A stretch of 64,000 nucleotides of DNA from Eledone cirrhosa (taxonomy: Eukaryota): positions 149,606,001 to 149,670,000 of the forward strand of contig OZ024740.1 in assembly GCA_964016885.1 (NCBI GenBank). Reading direction: 5' to 3'. Below, piece after piece: positions 1 to 11,689 of the stretch (its first letter is position 1; each line of letters opens with the position of its first letter). A program made the position numbers and the translations under genes. A model generated the notes under the pieces. The model ran no database searches. It saw nothing but the letters and a program-made list of their open reading frames with translations, and was not told the DNA's origin.

Positions 1-148
1 TTAACTCTTCCCCTATCCATAACGTTATTTCTTTCTCTCTCTTTCACAGTTATACTGCTACCGTGTGTATGTGTGTGTGCCAGTGCATGTGTTTACGTAC
101 TTAGAGACATGTGTGTGTGTATGTGTGTGTAACAGTACTTAAGTTAGA

Positions 149-221
<73 letters not shown>

Positions 222-1135
222 GTGTGTGTGTGTGTGTGTGTATGTGTAGGATACTTTCGTAAATAGCCAAAACGGTGCATAATGGAAAAATAAGTGATAT
301 AACCCTGAAATGGGGATAAAACAGGTTTGACGTAAATCGACATAAAAATATTTCTCGAATGATGAAAATAGTTAAATAATTATTAAAAAAAGATTTTTCA
401 GTGATTTCTCAGTGAATATGATTTCAAAACTACAAGTTGTTTGCACTTCAAGTATCCATATTCGAGCTATCTTTAAACAGACGATATTTTAATTATCAGA
501 AAAACATTAAATGAATATCACTGAAAAATACCAGTTGGTGTTAAACAGTAGGTGTTTATATGTTTGCTTTTGTTAAAAAGAATATTTCAGTTATTTAGAA
601 ATATTTAAAAGTGAATTTGATTTCACAAATAGCTTTATTTACATAGACAATATCTTCATTTTTTTAAAATTATTTTCAAGTGAATACGATGGAAAAAATA
701 TTTCTTGGCATATTTAAAAAATATTCTTAAGTGAAAATGACTTAAAAAATACAAATTATTTGAACACTGAGTATATATATTTCAGCTTTCTTTAAACAGA
801 ATATTTTAATTATTAATAAGTAGTTTTTAAGTGAATATGATTTGAAAAATACGAGTTGTTTAAACAGACAATATTTTCATTATTTAGAAATATTTCTAAA
901 TGATGATTTAAAAAAAATATTTGTTGAGGTAATAGGAATTTTTTCTTAGGTGAATACGATTTTCTATTCTTAAATAATGCCTCGACGAGGAAGAAAGAAA
1001 ACATCTGGTTGGTCTATCGATAGTGGAAAGAAAGCACGGCTAAGGAGAGCCGAAGAAGGTGAGCAAGATAGTGGTCAACGCCAACAAGATCGAGACAGGC
1101 ATGCGAATAGAAGGATCGATGAGACTGATAAAGCA

Positions 1136-1620
1136 AGGGCTGCGCGTCTGGCGGAACAGAGGGAAAGAGACAGAAGCAGGAGAGATCATGAATCGGATGG
1201 TCGGAGAGCTGCGCGTCTGGCGAAACAGAAGGAAAGAGACAGAAGCAGGAGAGATCATGAATCGTGTGGTCGGAGAGCTGAGCGTCTGGCGGAACAGAGG
1301 GAAAGAGACAGAAGCAGGAGAGATCATGAATCGGATGGTCGGAGAGCTGCGCGTCTGGCGAAACAGAAGGAAAGAGACAGAAGCAGGAGAGATCATGAAT
1401 CGTGTGGTCGGAGAGCTGAGCGTCTGGCGGAACAGAGGGAAAGAGACAGAAGCAGGAGAGATCATGAATCGGATGGTCGGAGAGCTGCGCGTATGGCGGA
1501 ACAGAAGGAAAGAGACAGAAGCAGGAGAGATCATGAATCGGATGGTCGGAGAGCTGAGCATCAGGCAGAACAGAGGGAAAGAGACAGAAGAAGGAGAGAT
1601 CATGAATCGGACGCTCGGAG
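1136..1620 (+). repeat. 69-bp coding tandem repeat (23-aa STPR-like units, about 7 copies, partly alternating A/B)
   Basis: RAARLAEQRERDRSRRDHESDGR repeats with a 69-nt period in ORF 977..2338. Confidence 0.9.
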
Positions 1621-4127
1621 AACTGAATGTCTTTGCCAACAAACCATTAGGGATAGAGCAAGGACAGTTCAACGACGTGACCTCTCTGCTGATGTTGGAC
1701 AGATGAATAAGATCTGTGTCTGTTGTCATGCAATGCTTTTTCATGGTGAAACTGCTAACTTTTGCTGTATGAATGGAAAAGTCAGGTTGGGGAATCTGCA
1801 CCCTTTACCCCAGGACCTTCACAGTTTATTTAGTACTGATCAACCTAGGGCAAACGAGTTCAGGAAGAACCTCAGACAATACAACTGCCTGTTCCAAATG
1901 ACATCTTTTGGGGCCGAAGAAGTTCGTTCCTCAAGGAGTGGATGGAATCCTTCTATCGTTATTCATGGTCAAATTCACCATTACATCGGTTCCTTAACCC
2001 CTAATCCCAACGAACAACCCCAATTTCTTCAAATTTACTTCTTGGCTCCTCAGGATACTGATGATTTGAGGATCAGGATACTCCATAACGATGGCATTCA
2101 GCGCGACATAGTTGAATTATTGGAAATAATACTCAGACAATATAACCCTTACGTTGCTTCATTTCGAATGGCAAAAGAACAAATTAAAAATATTCCCGAA
2201 GCTTCGATTATTATTGATCCTGATAGGAGACCAGCAATGGAACATGAGAGAAGATTCAATGCACAAACTGCAAACGAAGTTGCCGTTATTATACAAAACA
2301 GCACCGAACTTCAAGCAAAAAACGGCACATTGTGTTGAAAGAAAAAGGCGGACAATTGCAAATAATCTCAGAGTCCCATCGGTCCTATGATAGTTTGCAG
2401 TATGTTCTATTTTTTTCCTTTTGGCGATGACGGATGGCATCATTAGCTGTTAATGAGCAACAAGAAGTTGGCGCCAATGCGCTACTATGCCTATCGAATA
2501 ATGAAACATGAGAATGAATTCAACCAACTTCTCAGAGGCGGCCGTTTATTTCAGCAATATTTGGTTGACATGGCTGCGAAGATTGAAGGAGATAGACTGC
2601 AATACATCCGAATGAATCAAACATCATTGCAATCTACAACATACAAGGGCCTTACTGACGCATTGAACGATGATGACGATTTTCGCAATATTGGCATGCG
2701 AATCATACTCTCTTCCACATTTGTCGGTGGACCGAGATATATGATGGAGTGATGCCAGGATGCCATGATGTACATACGGAAGTACGGCAATCCTTCGTTC
2801 TTCATCACAATGACATGCAATCCAAACTGGCCTGAAATCCGGCAAAACCTATTCCTGAATCAGAAGCCACATGACAGGCCAGATTTAATTGCCAGAGTAT
2901 TTGACCTGAAGCGGAAACTGTTAAGAAAGTATCTTACAGGAGAAGATGGCCTATTTGGCAAGTGCATAGCTTACGTGCTGACAGTCGAATATCAAAAGCG
3001 AGGTCTTCCTCATGTGCACTGTTTGCTATGGCTCAATGAAGCCTCCAAGCCCAGATCGCAGGAATATGATAAATTTGTTCAAGCCGAAATACCAGATCCA
3101 AACAAAGATCCAGAGGGTCATGAATTGGTGCTGAAGCACATGATCCACGGTCCGAATTGCTCTAACAATTCGCCGTGTTGGAAAGATGGAACGTGCAGTA
3201 AGCGGTACCCTAAGCCTTTCAATGAATATACATTGTGTGGAGAGGACTCTTATCCTGTGTATAGAAGACGGTCTCCAGGAATGGGAAGATTTGAGGGGCA
3301 CCAAGAAGGAAGGGGAAGCCGAAATATAACTTAGGAATGGGTGGTTCCCTACAATATGAAATTATTAAAACTGTTCAACTGCCACCTAAACGTAGAGATG
3401 TGCTCTTCCGTGAAATCGATCAAATACATTATCAAATATACCACGAAGGGCAGTGATCAGGCAATGTTTGGAGTGAACAAGGAAGATGAGATAATACAGT
3501 ATTTAACAGGAAGATATATCGGTCCTTCAGAAGCTGTTGCCTTGGTACTTGGATTTCCAATTCATGAGAGAGAACCGGCCGTTGTTCGCATTCAAGTTCA
3601 TCTACCTGAGGAAAATCAAATCTTCTTTCGGGTCAATGCTGCTGTTAAAGTAAACAATAAACTTGGCTAAGACGACTCTGACTGAGTTCATGGATCTTTG
3701 CGATCGCGATCCGTTTGCAAAAACATTGTATTATGCCGATGTCCCAAAGTTTTACACTTGGAGTAATAAGAGATGGGAAAGGAGAAAGGTGGAGAAAACA
3801 GTTGAGCAGTATCTAGGGATTTTTGAGGCGAACGTTTTGGGACGAGTATACACTGTTTCTCCACGAAGTGGTGACCTGTATTATTTAAGACTCCTTCTGC
3901 ATCACGTCAAAGGGCCAGTATCCTTCAACTCTTTGAAAATGTGTGATGGAGAACTCCTGCCATTATTCAAAGACGTCTGCAGAGAGAAAGGTTTGCTTCA
4001 ATCGGATGATCATTGGCAGCAGACTCTGGAAGATGCTGAGCGAACAAGGCTTCCCACAGCCATGAGAGATCTATTCATCGTGCTCCTCACAAATACGGAA
4101 ATTGGCAATTCCAGTGCTTTATGGGTT

Positions 4128-4553
4128 TGTAGTAACTATGGCGACAGTGTGTTGACTATAGCAACGCAGTGTCGCCACCTGTGGGTAACACAAAAAATAG
4201 CGAATTACTTCCCTTATCTCGGCGTTCTCTAAAAGAAGAGATGCCAATGTAAAACTCAAGAGATTTGTTTTTCAATTCCAGTCGCCTTTGTCCTGCCACG
4301 TGGACGTACTTTGTAAAAACGCCTGTTTTTGACCAAGAGATTTTCATATATCTTCTTGAATGTAAGAATTAAGCCATTGCCGTTTAGCTTGCAGGGTATG
4401 TCCTATGAATGAAATTATTATGTCATGTTTTATTAAATGAATCATTTAATAAAAGATTAGCCTTGTTATCGTTAAAGCCCTTCTGTTTTAATTAATAATC
4501 TTAGAGAGATGAGATGTCGTTCACACGCCTGGACGATATATATTTTTTCTTTA
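4128..4553 (+). repeat. 5' LTR (426 bp, TG...TA termini)
   Basis: Near-identical to 5111-5537; AATAAA at about 4448; imperfect hairpin at 4139-4177. Confidence 0.92.
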
Positions 4554-4554
4554 T

Positions 4555-4572
4555 TGGTGACCCCGACGTGAT
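4555..4572 (+). promoter_or_regulatory. Primer binding site complementary to the tRNA-Trp 3' end
   Basis: TGGTGACCCCGACGTGAT lies 1 nt after the 5' LTR; this is the 18-mer known as the tRNA-Trp PBS of avian sarcoma-leukosis viruses. Confidence 0.9.
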
Positions 4573-4596
4573 AATGAATCTGTGAATAAAAACGCC

Positions 4597-5109
4597 ATGT
4601 CTCAACCGTCTAAAATGTTTGTAAAAACAAAGAATTTGGCCATCAATAACACATTCCGAGTTCAAAACGTAAGCAAAGAAGATTTAATTATTTGGTTCCG
4701 TAGAGCTATCTCCCCGAAATTGTCTAGCATAGGCGAACTGGGAACGGGTGTCGACTTCTGTGTTGGTATGGGGATATTATTTCCTGGTTCAATTACAATT
4801 GAAGATATAAAATTGAACCCTGTTACCGACACAGATAAACGTCAGAATTTCAAATATCTTCAAGCTGCTTTTAAAAATGTTGCTGTCGATAAAGATATTC
4901 CAGTTGACAATTTGATAAAAGGAACCTTTAAAGGGAATTTCTTCTTTGGAAAATGGTTTAAAGCATTTTTTCACGCAAACTATAAAGGCCAAACTTATGA
5001 CTTGTGTCAACTACGCGGCTTGAATAATAATTGCACCAATTTACAACTTCTAGTTCCTCCATGCTATCGTTTGTTTTACGATTTTTATAAAAAATCTGGT
5101 CGGAGGTGA
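4597..5109 (+). CDS. MAPRE-like: Divergent EB1/MAPRE-family calponin-homology domain protein (170 aa), without EBH/coiled-coil C-terminus
   Basis: Intact, intronless ORF starting at gccATG. NVSKEDLIIW...LFPGSI...QNFKYLQAAFK..VDKDIPVDNLIKGTFKGNFFFGKWFKAFFHANYKGQTYD aligns by eye to EB1 NLSRHDMLAW...LFPGSI...[50 protein letters not shown]. Confidence 0.88.
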   Translation: MSQPSKMFVKTKNLAINNTFRVQNVSKEDLIIWFRRAISPKLSSIGELGTGVDFCVGMGILFPGSITIEDIKLNPVTDTDKRQNFKYLQAAFKNVAVDKDIPVDNLIKGTFKGNFFFGKWFKAFFHANYKGQTYDLCQLRGLNNNCTNLQLLVPPCYRLFYDFYKKSGRR

Positions 5110-5110
5110 T

Positions 5111-5537
5111 TGTAGTAACTATGGCGACAGTGTGTTGACTATAGCAACGCAGTGTCGCCACCTGTGGGTAACACAAAAAAATAGCGAATTACTTCCCTTA
5201 TCTCGGCGTTCTCTAAAAGAAGAGACGCCAATGTAAAACTCAAGAGATTTGTTTTTCAATTCCAGTCGCCTTTGTCCTGCCACGTGGACGTACTTTGTAA
5301 AAACGCCTGTTTTTGACCAAGAGATTTTCATATATCTTCTTGAATGTAAGAATTAAGCCATTGCCGTTTAGCTTGCAGGGTATGTCCTATGAATGAAATT
5401 ATTATGTCATGTTTTATTAAATGAATCATTTAATAAAAGATTAGCCTTGTTATCGTTAAAGCCCTTCTGTTTTAATTAATAATCTTAGAGAGATGAGATG
5501 TCGTTCACACACCTGGACGATATATCATTTTTCTTTA
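5111..5537 (+). repeat. 3' LTR (427 bp)
   Basis: Copy of 4128-4553, preceded by a weakly purine-rich ggtcggaggtga (possible PPT) and followed by the TSD GGTT. Confidence 0.92.
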
Positions 5538-7937
5538 GGTTCGATTTAAGCATTCGCTGTCTGATTACCTTCAAATAGAAAAAAGGGCTACCAGAAACTC
5601 TAACCTTTTGATTAGCGAGAGACATTATGATCAATGTCTTCTGCATTTTGAAGACAAACTTAACGACCTGGGCAAAAGTCTTAGTGACTTTAACTTACCA
5701 AGGCCAAATAATATTGTTGCTAATCAGGATATTGGCAATTTGGAGTTATTGCATGAATTGCAATACAGCAGAGAGGAGCAGCGACGATTTGTAGAAGAGA
5801 CAGAGCCTCTATTGAATAGTGAACAAAAACACGTGTATGACTTCGTTTGTAACAGTTTAGAGACGAACACATCTGCATTGATTTTCATTGACGCTCCAGG
5901 TGAAACAGGAAAGACATTCCTGATTAACTTAATTCTTTCAAAAGTCATGGGAAACGGTGACGTGGCTATTGATGTTGCGTCATCTGGCATTGCCGCCACA
6001 CTGATGCCTGGTGGAAGAACAGCGCATTCTAGGTTCAAAATACCGATAGTAGTGAAAGAAAATGGTCTGTGCAACATTGATAAAAACTCAAAGACGGCAA
6101 ACTTCTTCCAGTATACAAGGCTGATTGTTTGGGATGAGTGTCCTATGATTCGGAGGGAAAGCTTCGAAGCTGTTGACCTCACTCTGCGTGACATATGCGA
6201 AAACAATGAGGCATTCGGTGGAATTTTGACAATTTGCTGTGGCGATTTCCGTCAGCTTCTTCCGGTAGTGAAAAGGGGAAATAAAGCGGACGTGGAAAAC
6301 GCCTGCATTAAAAAATCCTACTTATAGCGAAGCTTCAAAAGATTTCAGTTGAAAACAAACATGCGATTGGGTGCGGGAGTAGGAGACTATTCACAGTTCC
6401 TATTGGATATTGGAGAAGATAAGATTAAAAAAAAACTGAAAATGAGGAAATTATTTTGCCAAAAGAAATGGTTCTCCAAGCAACAACTATGGAAGAATGT
6501 ATTGATTTCATCTACCCCTCATTCGACAATCCAGCTGAAGTGTTTTCGAACAATTGCATCTTAGTACCTCTGAATGAAATGATGAGAAGCATCAATTCCA
6601 CCTGTATCAGACTCTTCCCTGGAACCATAAAAGAGTACCGATCCTATAATTCTGTGAGTGATGGTGCCAATGCCACTCATTTCCCGACTGAATTCCTTGA
6701 TTCGGTTGAACTACCAGGACGGCCACCACATATCCTGGAATTGAAAAAAGGGTCGCCAATAATTCTTATAAGAAACTTGAATCCTCCAAGGCTTTGTAAT
6801 GGAACGCGCGTGATCGTGGAAAAACTGCTCGACAATCTCATAGTAGCAAGAATCAACACTGCTGCTTTCAGAAATGAGATCGTTATGATACCTAGAAAAG
6901 AATTAATCTATCCGAAGGTGAGGATATCCCTTTACAGCGAGGCCAATTCCCAGTTCAATCGTGCTTCGCTATGACTATTCATAAAGCACAAGGACAAACT
7001 AGGGAAAACGTCCTGGTTTATCTGGAACGACCTGTATTCCAATATGTTCAACTGTATGTAGCCCTTAGCCGCGGAAAACGAAAAGAAAATGTTTCTGAAG
7101 GATACCCAGTCAACTAAGAATGTTGTCATCAAAAGCATTCTTTTGAACAAACTGTAACAGCGTAAATATGAGAAAATGTTGATTCCGACGTCAGAAAATG
7201 AAAGGAAAAGGAAAAACTAAGACAAGTAAGAATAATTTCTTTAAAATTTTTGTAAATAAAACCAGCTTTTCATTGCAACTTTTTAAGCAGAAACATCTTT
7301 CAGAACAAACACTCAAGCATCCATAGAGATATAGAAAAAAGAATTTTGAAGTGGAGTGATTTGATAGCTATTAGTGAAAAATGATTTGATATTTTCTTTG
7401 TGAAAATACTTGTGAATAATAGAGTGAAAAGACAAGTTTCGCGTAAATCGAACCACGGGTTCCCGAGTTACGCGGGTTTTTTCGGGTACCTTTATAAATA
7501 ACCAAATCAGTGCATAATGGGAAAACTCTTTGAAAGTAAGGTACCATTGAAATGTGAATACAAACGCAGATAGTGGTTGTGAGAGGGAGAGAGCTGGTGG
7601 TATTGTTGAATGAAATTATGACAGGTGACTTCAAAGAATTGAATACAGCATTACTGTATCTAGCTGGAATTTGGTGACTGAATATTAAGTTATATGTATC
7701 TTATAACTTGTGTTAGGACAGGATGTATGTGTGTGTGTGCCTGTAACCAGTGCATATAGGCCACAGACACCCCCACACACAAACACATATATACACGTAC
7801 ATATACACACACATATACACGTGTATATATATTGGCTTTCCAATGTCATTTTACATTATATACATTTTGTGTATATTTTAATTATTTAAAAAATTATTTT
7901 TAAGTGAACATGACCCAACGGGTCACGGGTGGTCTAG

Positions 7938-8506
7938 TATACTACTAAAACTCTGTGATGGCTTGCTTGCTTGTCTGTATTGTAATACAGCCAAAGGGGC
8001 GCATAATGGGAAAATACTTTGAAAGGAAGTTGCTCCTGAAATGGGAATACAAATGGAATAAAACAAGTTTCACGTAAATAGAAGCACGGATTCCCGATAT
8101 ATGGGGTTTTCTGGGTACCTCCATAGACAGAGAGAGAAGGATAGAGAGAAGGAGATAGTGGTTGTGAGAGAGTAGATTGAAAGAGAAAGGGAGTTGGTGT
8201 TGTTGTTGTTGTGTATATATATATATATATATATGAGTGTGTGTATATATATATGTGTGTGTGTCTATGACCAGTGTATATAGATCACAGACACCCACAT
8301 ATATATATACACACACACACACACATTTATATATATACATACACACACGTATATATATATATATATATATGGGCCTTCCAGTTTCATTTCACATTAAACA
8401 CATGGCTGTGTATATTCTAATTATTTAAAAATTATTTTTAAGTGAACATGATTTAAAAAAAAATATTTTGAAGTGAACGTGACCCAACGAGTCACAGGTG
8501 GTCTAG
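7938..8506 (+). mobile_element. Short non-autonomous Helitron derivative abutting the large copy
   Basis: Starts right after the first CTAG, shares subterminal sequence with 240-340 and 7400-7937, and ends with gtgacccaacgagtcac...CTAG|T (8503-8507). Confidence 0.75.
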
Positions 8507-9071
8507 TACAAATGTTCTCAACCCATTTCGGCCCAACGAAATTGCCCCTCGAAATCACGACCCCCCACCCCCACCCACCCTCACCCTATTTTTCTATTTT
8601 TCAATATACTACTGATTTTGATATCAGTAGATTACTGGGCCAAATCAAGTTATGTTAGAATCTTTAAAAAATACTCGTACGAATTAAATACAAAAAAGTT
8701 TCAGTCCAAAACAAAAGCAAACTATTTCAAATTATATATTTTTGACAAATAGACGTGAATGTTCTCAAAGATTTGATCTCAGTCGAAAAAGCTTTTTTTT
8801 TTTTATTTTGTATTTCACTGTTAGCTGTTGTAATATTTTGAGTGGATAGACAATTCTACAATTCAAACTGTAAAGTCAAAATACAAAAGATGTAAAATAT
8901 GAAGAATTTCTTACCTTTCTCTGAAATCACAAACTAAGGGGGAAAATAGTACCTTGCAAAATAAAATACCTCGTAGCAAAATAAAATACTTAGTAACAAC
9001 GAATGAATTGGGAAGCTTGGTGACAGTGAGAAAGAAATATCTGTATTCCTTATATATATATACAGAGATAG

Positions 9072-9128
<57 letters not shown>

Positions 9129-9392
9129 AATGCGCGCGCATACACACACAGACACACACATATACACACACACATATAGATACAGACACACGAACTTCTA
9201 TGTGTGTGTGTGTGCCTTGGTTTTGGTACAGAAAGAATAGATACATAGATAGATAGATAGATACATAGATAGATAGACGTGTACCAAACACACGCAAAGA
9301 GGGAGGAACAGAGAGAGTAAGAAATGTGTGTGTGTGTGTGTGTGTGTGTGTTTGGTACACGTCTATCTATCTATGTATCTATCTATTTCCAA

Positions 9393-9797
9393 CAGGGGGC
9401 TCAAACATGCAGCCCGCGAACTACTTTTCTGTGGCCCGTGGTAGAACCAATATTTCATATTGTATTATAACTGGTGAAAATAAGGCGGTGAGCTGGTGGA
9501 ATCGTTAGCACATCTGGCGAAATGCTTAACGGTACTTCTTCCGTTTTTACGTTCTGAGTTCAAATTCCGCCGATCTCAACTTTACCTTTCATCCTTTTGG
9601 GGTCAATGAATTAAGTACCAGTTGTGTACTAGGATCGATGTAATCGACTGAACCCTAAACCCCAAATTTCATGCCTTGTTCCTATAGTAGAAATGATTAT
9701 AACTGGTGAAAATCTTCCCCCACCACCACGTTTGGCCTACTGTGCCTCTCCTCCAGGACGAAATGGCCCTTTTGTGTCCTTGAGTTTGAGACCCCTC
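9393..9797. mobile_element. hAT-like MITE interrupted by a SINE
   Basis: TIR-like ends cagggggctcaaac ... gtttgagacccctc; no clear TSD. Confidence 0.6.
9482..9695 (+). mobile_element. tRNA-derived SINE
   Basis: B-box-like gagttcaaattcc, core ctttcatcctt...aagtaccag shared with other copies here, and an 18-bp TSD attataactggtgaaaat (9464-9481, 9696-9713). Confidence 0.85.
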
Positions 9798-9824
9798 TTC
9801 TACACACATACATATATACTTTAC

Positions 9825-10035
9825 TTTTTTCTGTCTCTGGACTACGCCCATGCTGGAGCATCACCTTGGTAAGTTATGGGGACGTCAACAAACCAACAAG
9901 CATTGGTGGGAGGGCAAAGACACACACAGACATATATACGACGGGCTTCTTTTAGTTTCGGTCTATCAAATCCACTCACAGGGCTTTGGTCGGCTCGGGC
10001 AGTGGGACTGAACCCGGAAATATGTGGTCGAGAAG
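9825..10035 (-). mobile_element. SINE fragment (second family)
   Basis: Minus strand shows a tRNA-like head with ggttcagtccc and an internal CA tract; boundaries approximate. Confidence 0.55.
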
Positions 10036-10053
10036 CAAGCTTCTTGTCACACT

Positions 10054-10107
<54 letters not shown>

Positions 10108-10309
10108 TATTTTCCGTAGTGTTGTAATATGAATATTACACACAGTAGATGGACAGCTCACGTAGAGTTTGCCCGACGGTTCCAGTTGTAGTTTCAAAAG
10201 TAATCCGGAGAAAATAGAAGGATTTAAATGGATACAGTTTAGTTAAAAGGAATTTATTGACACGTGTTTCAATAACAGTTACATAACCTGAAAACAGCTA
10301 TATATATAT

Positions 10310-10687
10310 GGAGGAAATTGTAGTTTACTTGAAGCATTGCGTAATGAAGTATAAACGTTTGGAGTTGGAAGGCCAAAACAATGCAGGTATGGATATAGAA
10401 TATAAATACAAATGCAAAAGATATTGTTGACAATTAGTCTTTTACCTTAAATTTATTTGAATATCCTTAATTTTCGAGATAATATCTCTTCTTCGGAAGG
10501 AAGTAAAGGGGTTAATCCAGTATTCTAATTAGCTTGCCAAGTCATGCTGACAGGAAATGGTACAGAGATTCCATTCTATTTCTAATGTCAAAGGGTGAAG
10601 GTTAGGTGGATAAAGAGTTGTCTCCCTTTAAAAAGGTTTTGTACATGTATGTTTAAGTGTGTGGGAGAATACGTGAAGGTGTAAGTA

Positions 10688-10750
<63 letters not shown>

Positions 10751-11449
10751 ATATGTCTATATGTAAATGTGGGGGCTAGATGCTCTATCATGTTAAAACT
10801 GGTCTTTATGTGTGTATGTCTGTGTGTGAGAGAGAATAAGTGGAGGTGTAAGCGTGTGTGCGAGTGTGTGTGTGAGAGGGGGTACGTGGAGGTGTAAGTA
10901 TAGGGCTAGATGCTCTATCATGTTAAAAATTGGGTGTTGAGTTCTAGTCTATTATTGATTGGTGGTTGTGTTTTGTCTATAATCAGTGCTTCTTTAATTC
11001 TAAGATCCTAACTGTTATGTTTTTGTCGGTGTTTTTGCATTTCACTAGGTGTTTCTTGAATGAGGAAGCGTTAGTATTGAGGTGTTCTTTTATTCTTATG
11101 TGAAGTGGTCTGGTGGTGCTACCTATGTAGAAATTATTGCATTTGTCGCACTCTAATTTGTATACGACGTAAGCCTGGTGGCATAAGTCTGTGTCGTTGA
11201 TGGGGCAGTTGGCTAGCCTGCAGCAGCTGTCTGGTGGTGTGTCTTTTGGTTAGCTGTCCGCGTAGAGAAAGTTCTGAGTGGGCTAGTTGGATATCTAGTC
11301 CCTCTCGTCTGATAGCTCTGCGGATGACTGTTGTTGTTTCGTCACTGAAGTGTGGGAGATTCAGGAAGCAGGTGTTAGTGCCTCGGGTGTGGTGTCCTCT
11401 GTTGTTTCTGGCACGGTTCGCGGTGGACGTCGAGTATCCGTTCAGTTTA
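10310..11449 (-). mobile_element. Penelope-like element 3' fragment (GIY-YIG + pseudo-LTR)
   Basis: Reverse-complement homolog of 35040-36165; hammerhead variant at 10465-10500. Confidence 0.85.
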
Positions 11450-11520
11450 AGTATATATATATGTGTGTGTGAGTGTGTATAATATATATATTATACACAC
11501 ACACACACACACACACACAT

Positions 11521-11608
<88 letters not shown>

Positions 11609-11689
11609 TTACACACTTAAACATAAATGCATGTATATATACAAATGTATAAATACATAGCTATATACATACGTAAATGTATGTATGTA

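Larger units (their letters stand above)
4128..5537 (+). mobile_element. Non-autonomous LTR retroelement (TRIM-like) carrying an EB1 CH-domain ORF
   Basis: Direct repeats 4128-4553 and 5111-5537 differ at about 5 positions. 4-bp TSD GGTT at 4124-4127 and 5538-5541. PBS follows the 5' LTR. Removing the insert restores the Helitron frame (ALWV|RFKHSLSDY). Confidence 0.93.
977..7156 (+). pseudogene. Helitron RepHel (STPR repeats, Zn finger, HUH Rep, PIF1 helicase) with frameshifts and stops
   Basis: Successive ORFs carry Rep motifs FFITMTCNPNWPEI, VEYQKRGLPHVHCLLW and IKYIIKYTTKG, and helicase motifs FIDAPGETGKTFL, VWDECPM, GDFRQLLPV, NLNPPRLCNGTR and AMTIHKAQGQT; Cys cluster CVCC...FCCMNG. End coordinate approximate. 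Confidence 0.93.
217..7937 (+). mobile_element. Helitron, formerly autonomous, now degenerate; interrupted by an LTR element at 4128-5537
   Basis: Contains a RepHel coding region. The 3' end has the hairpin tgaccc-aac-gggtca (7911-7925) then CTAG|T (7934-7938). The 5' boundary is approximate (lost in the (TA)n at 150-217); 240-340 resembles the start of the short derivative at 7938. Confidence 0.85.

Noticed and set aside
1040-1801. Antisense and alternative-frame repeat ORFs (1040..1801 -, 1059..1706 +)
   Set aside because: Shadows of the 69-bp coding repeat in the Helitron ORF.
4597-5109. EB1-like ORF as a host gene exon or Helitron-captured gene
   Set aside because: It is bounded by LTRs, a PBS and a TSD that split the Helitron reading frame, so it arrived with the LTR element.
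4156-5331. Duplicated minus-strand ORFs MKISWSKTG... in both LTRs
   Set aside because: Short, non-ATG start, no recognisable domain, and frameshifted between the two LTRs.
9482-9580. tRNA gene
   Set aside because: Only box-like remnants with no cloverleaf; it is a SINE head with a TSD.
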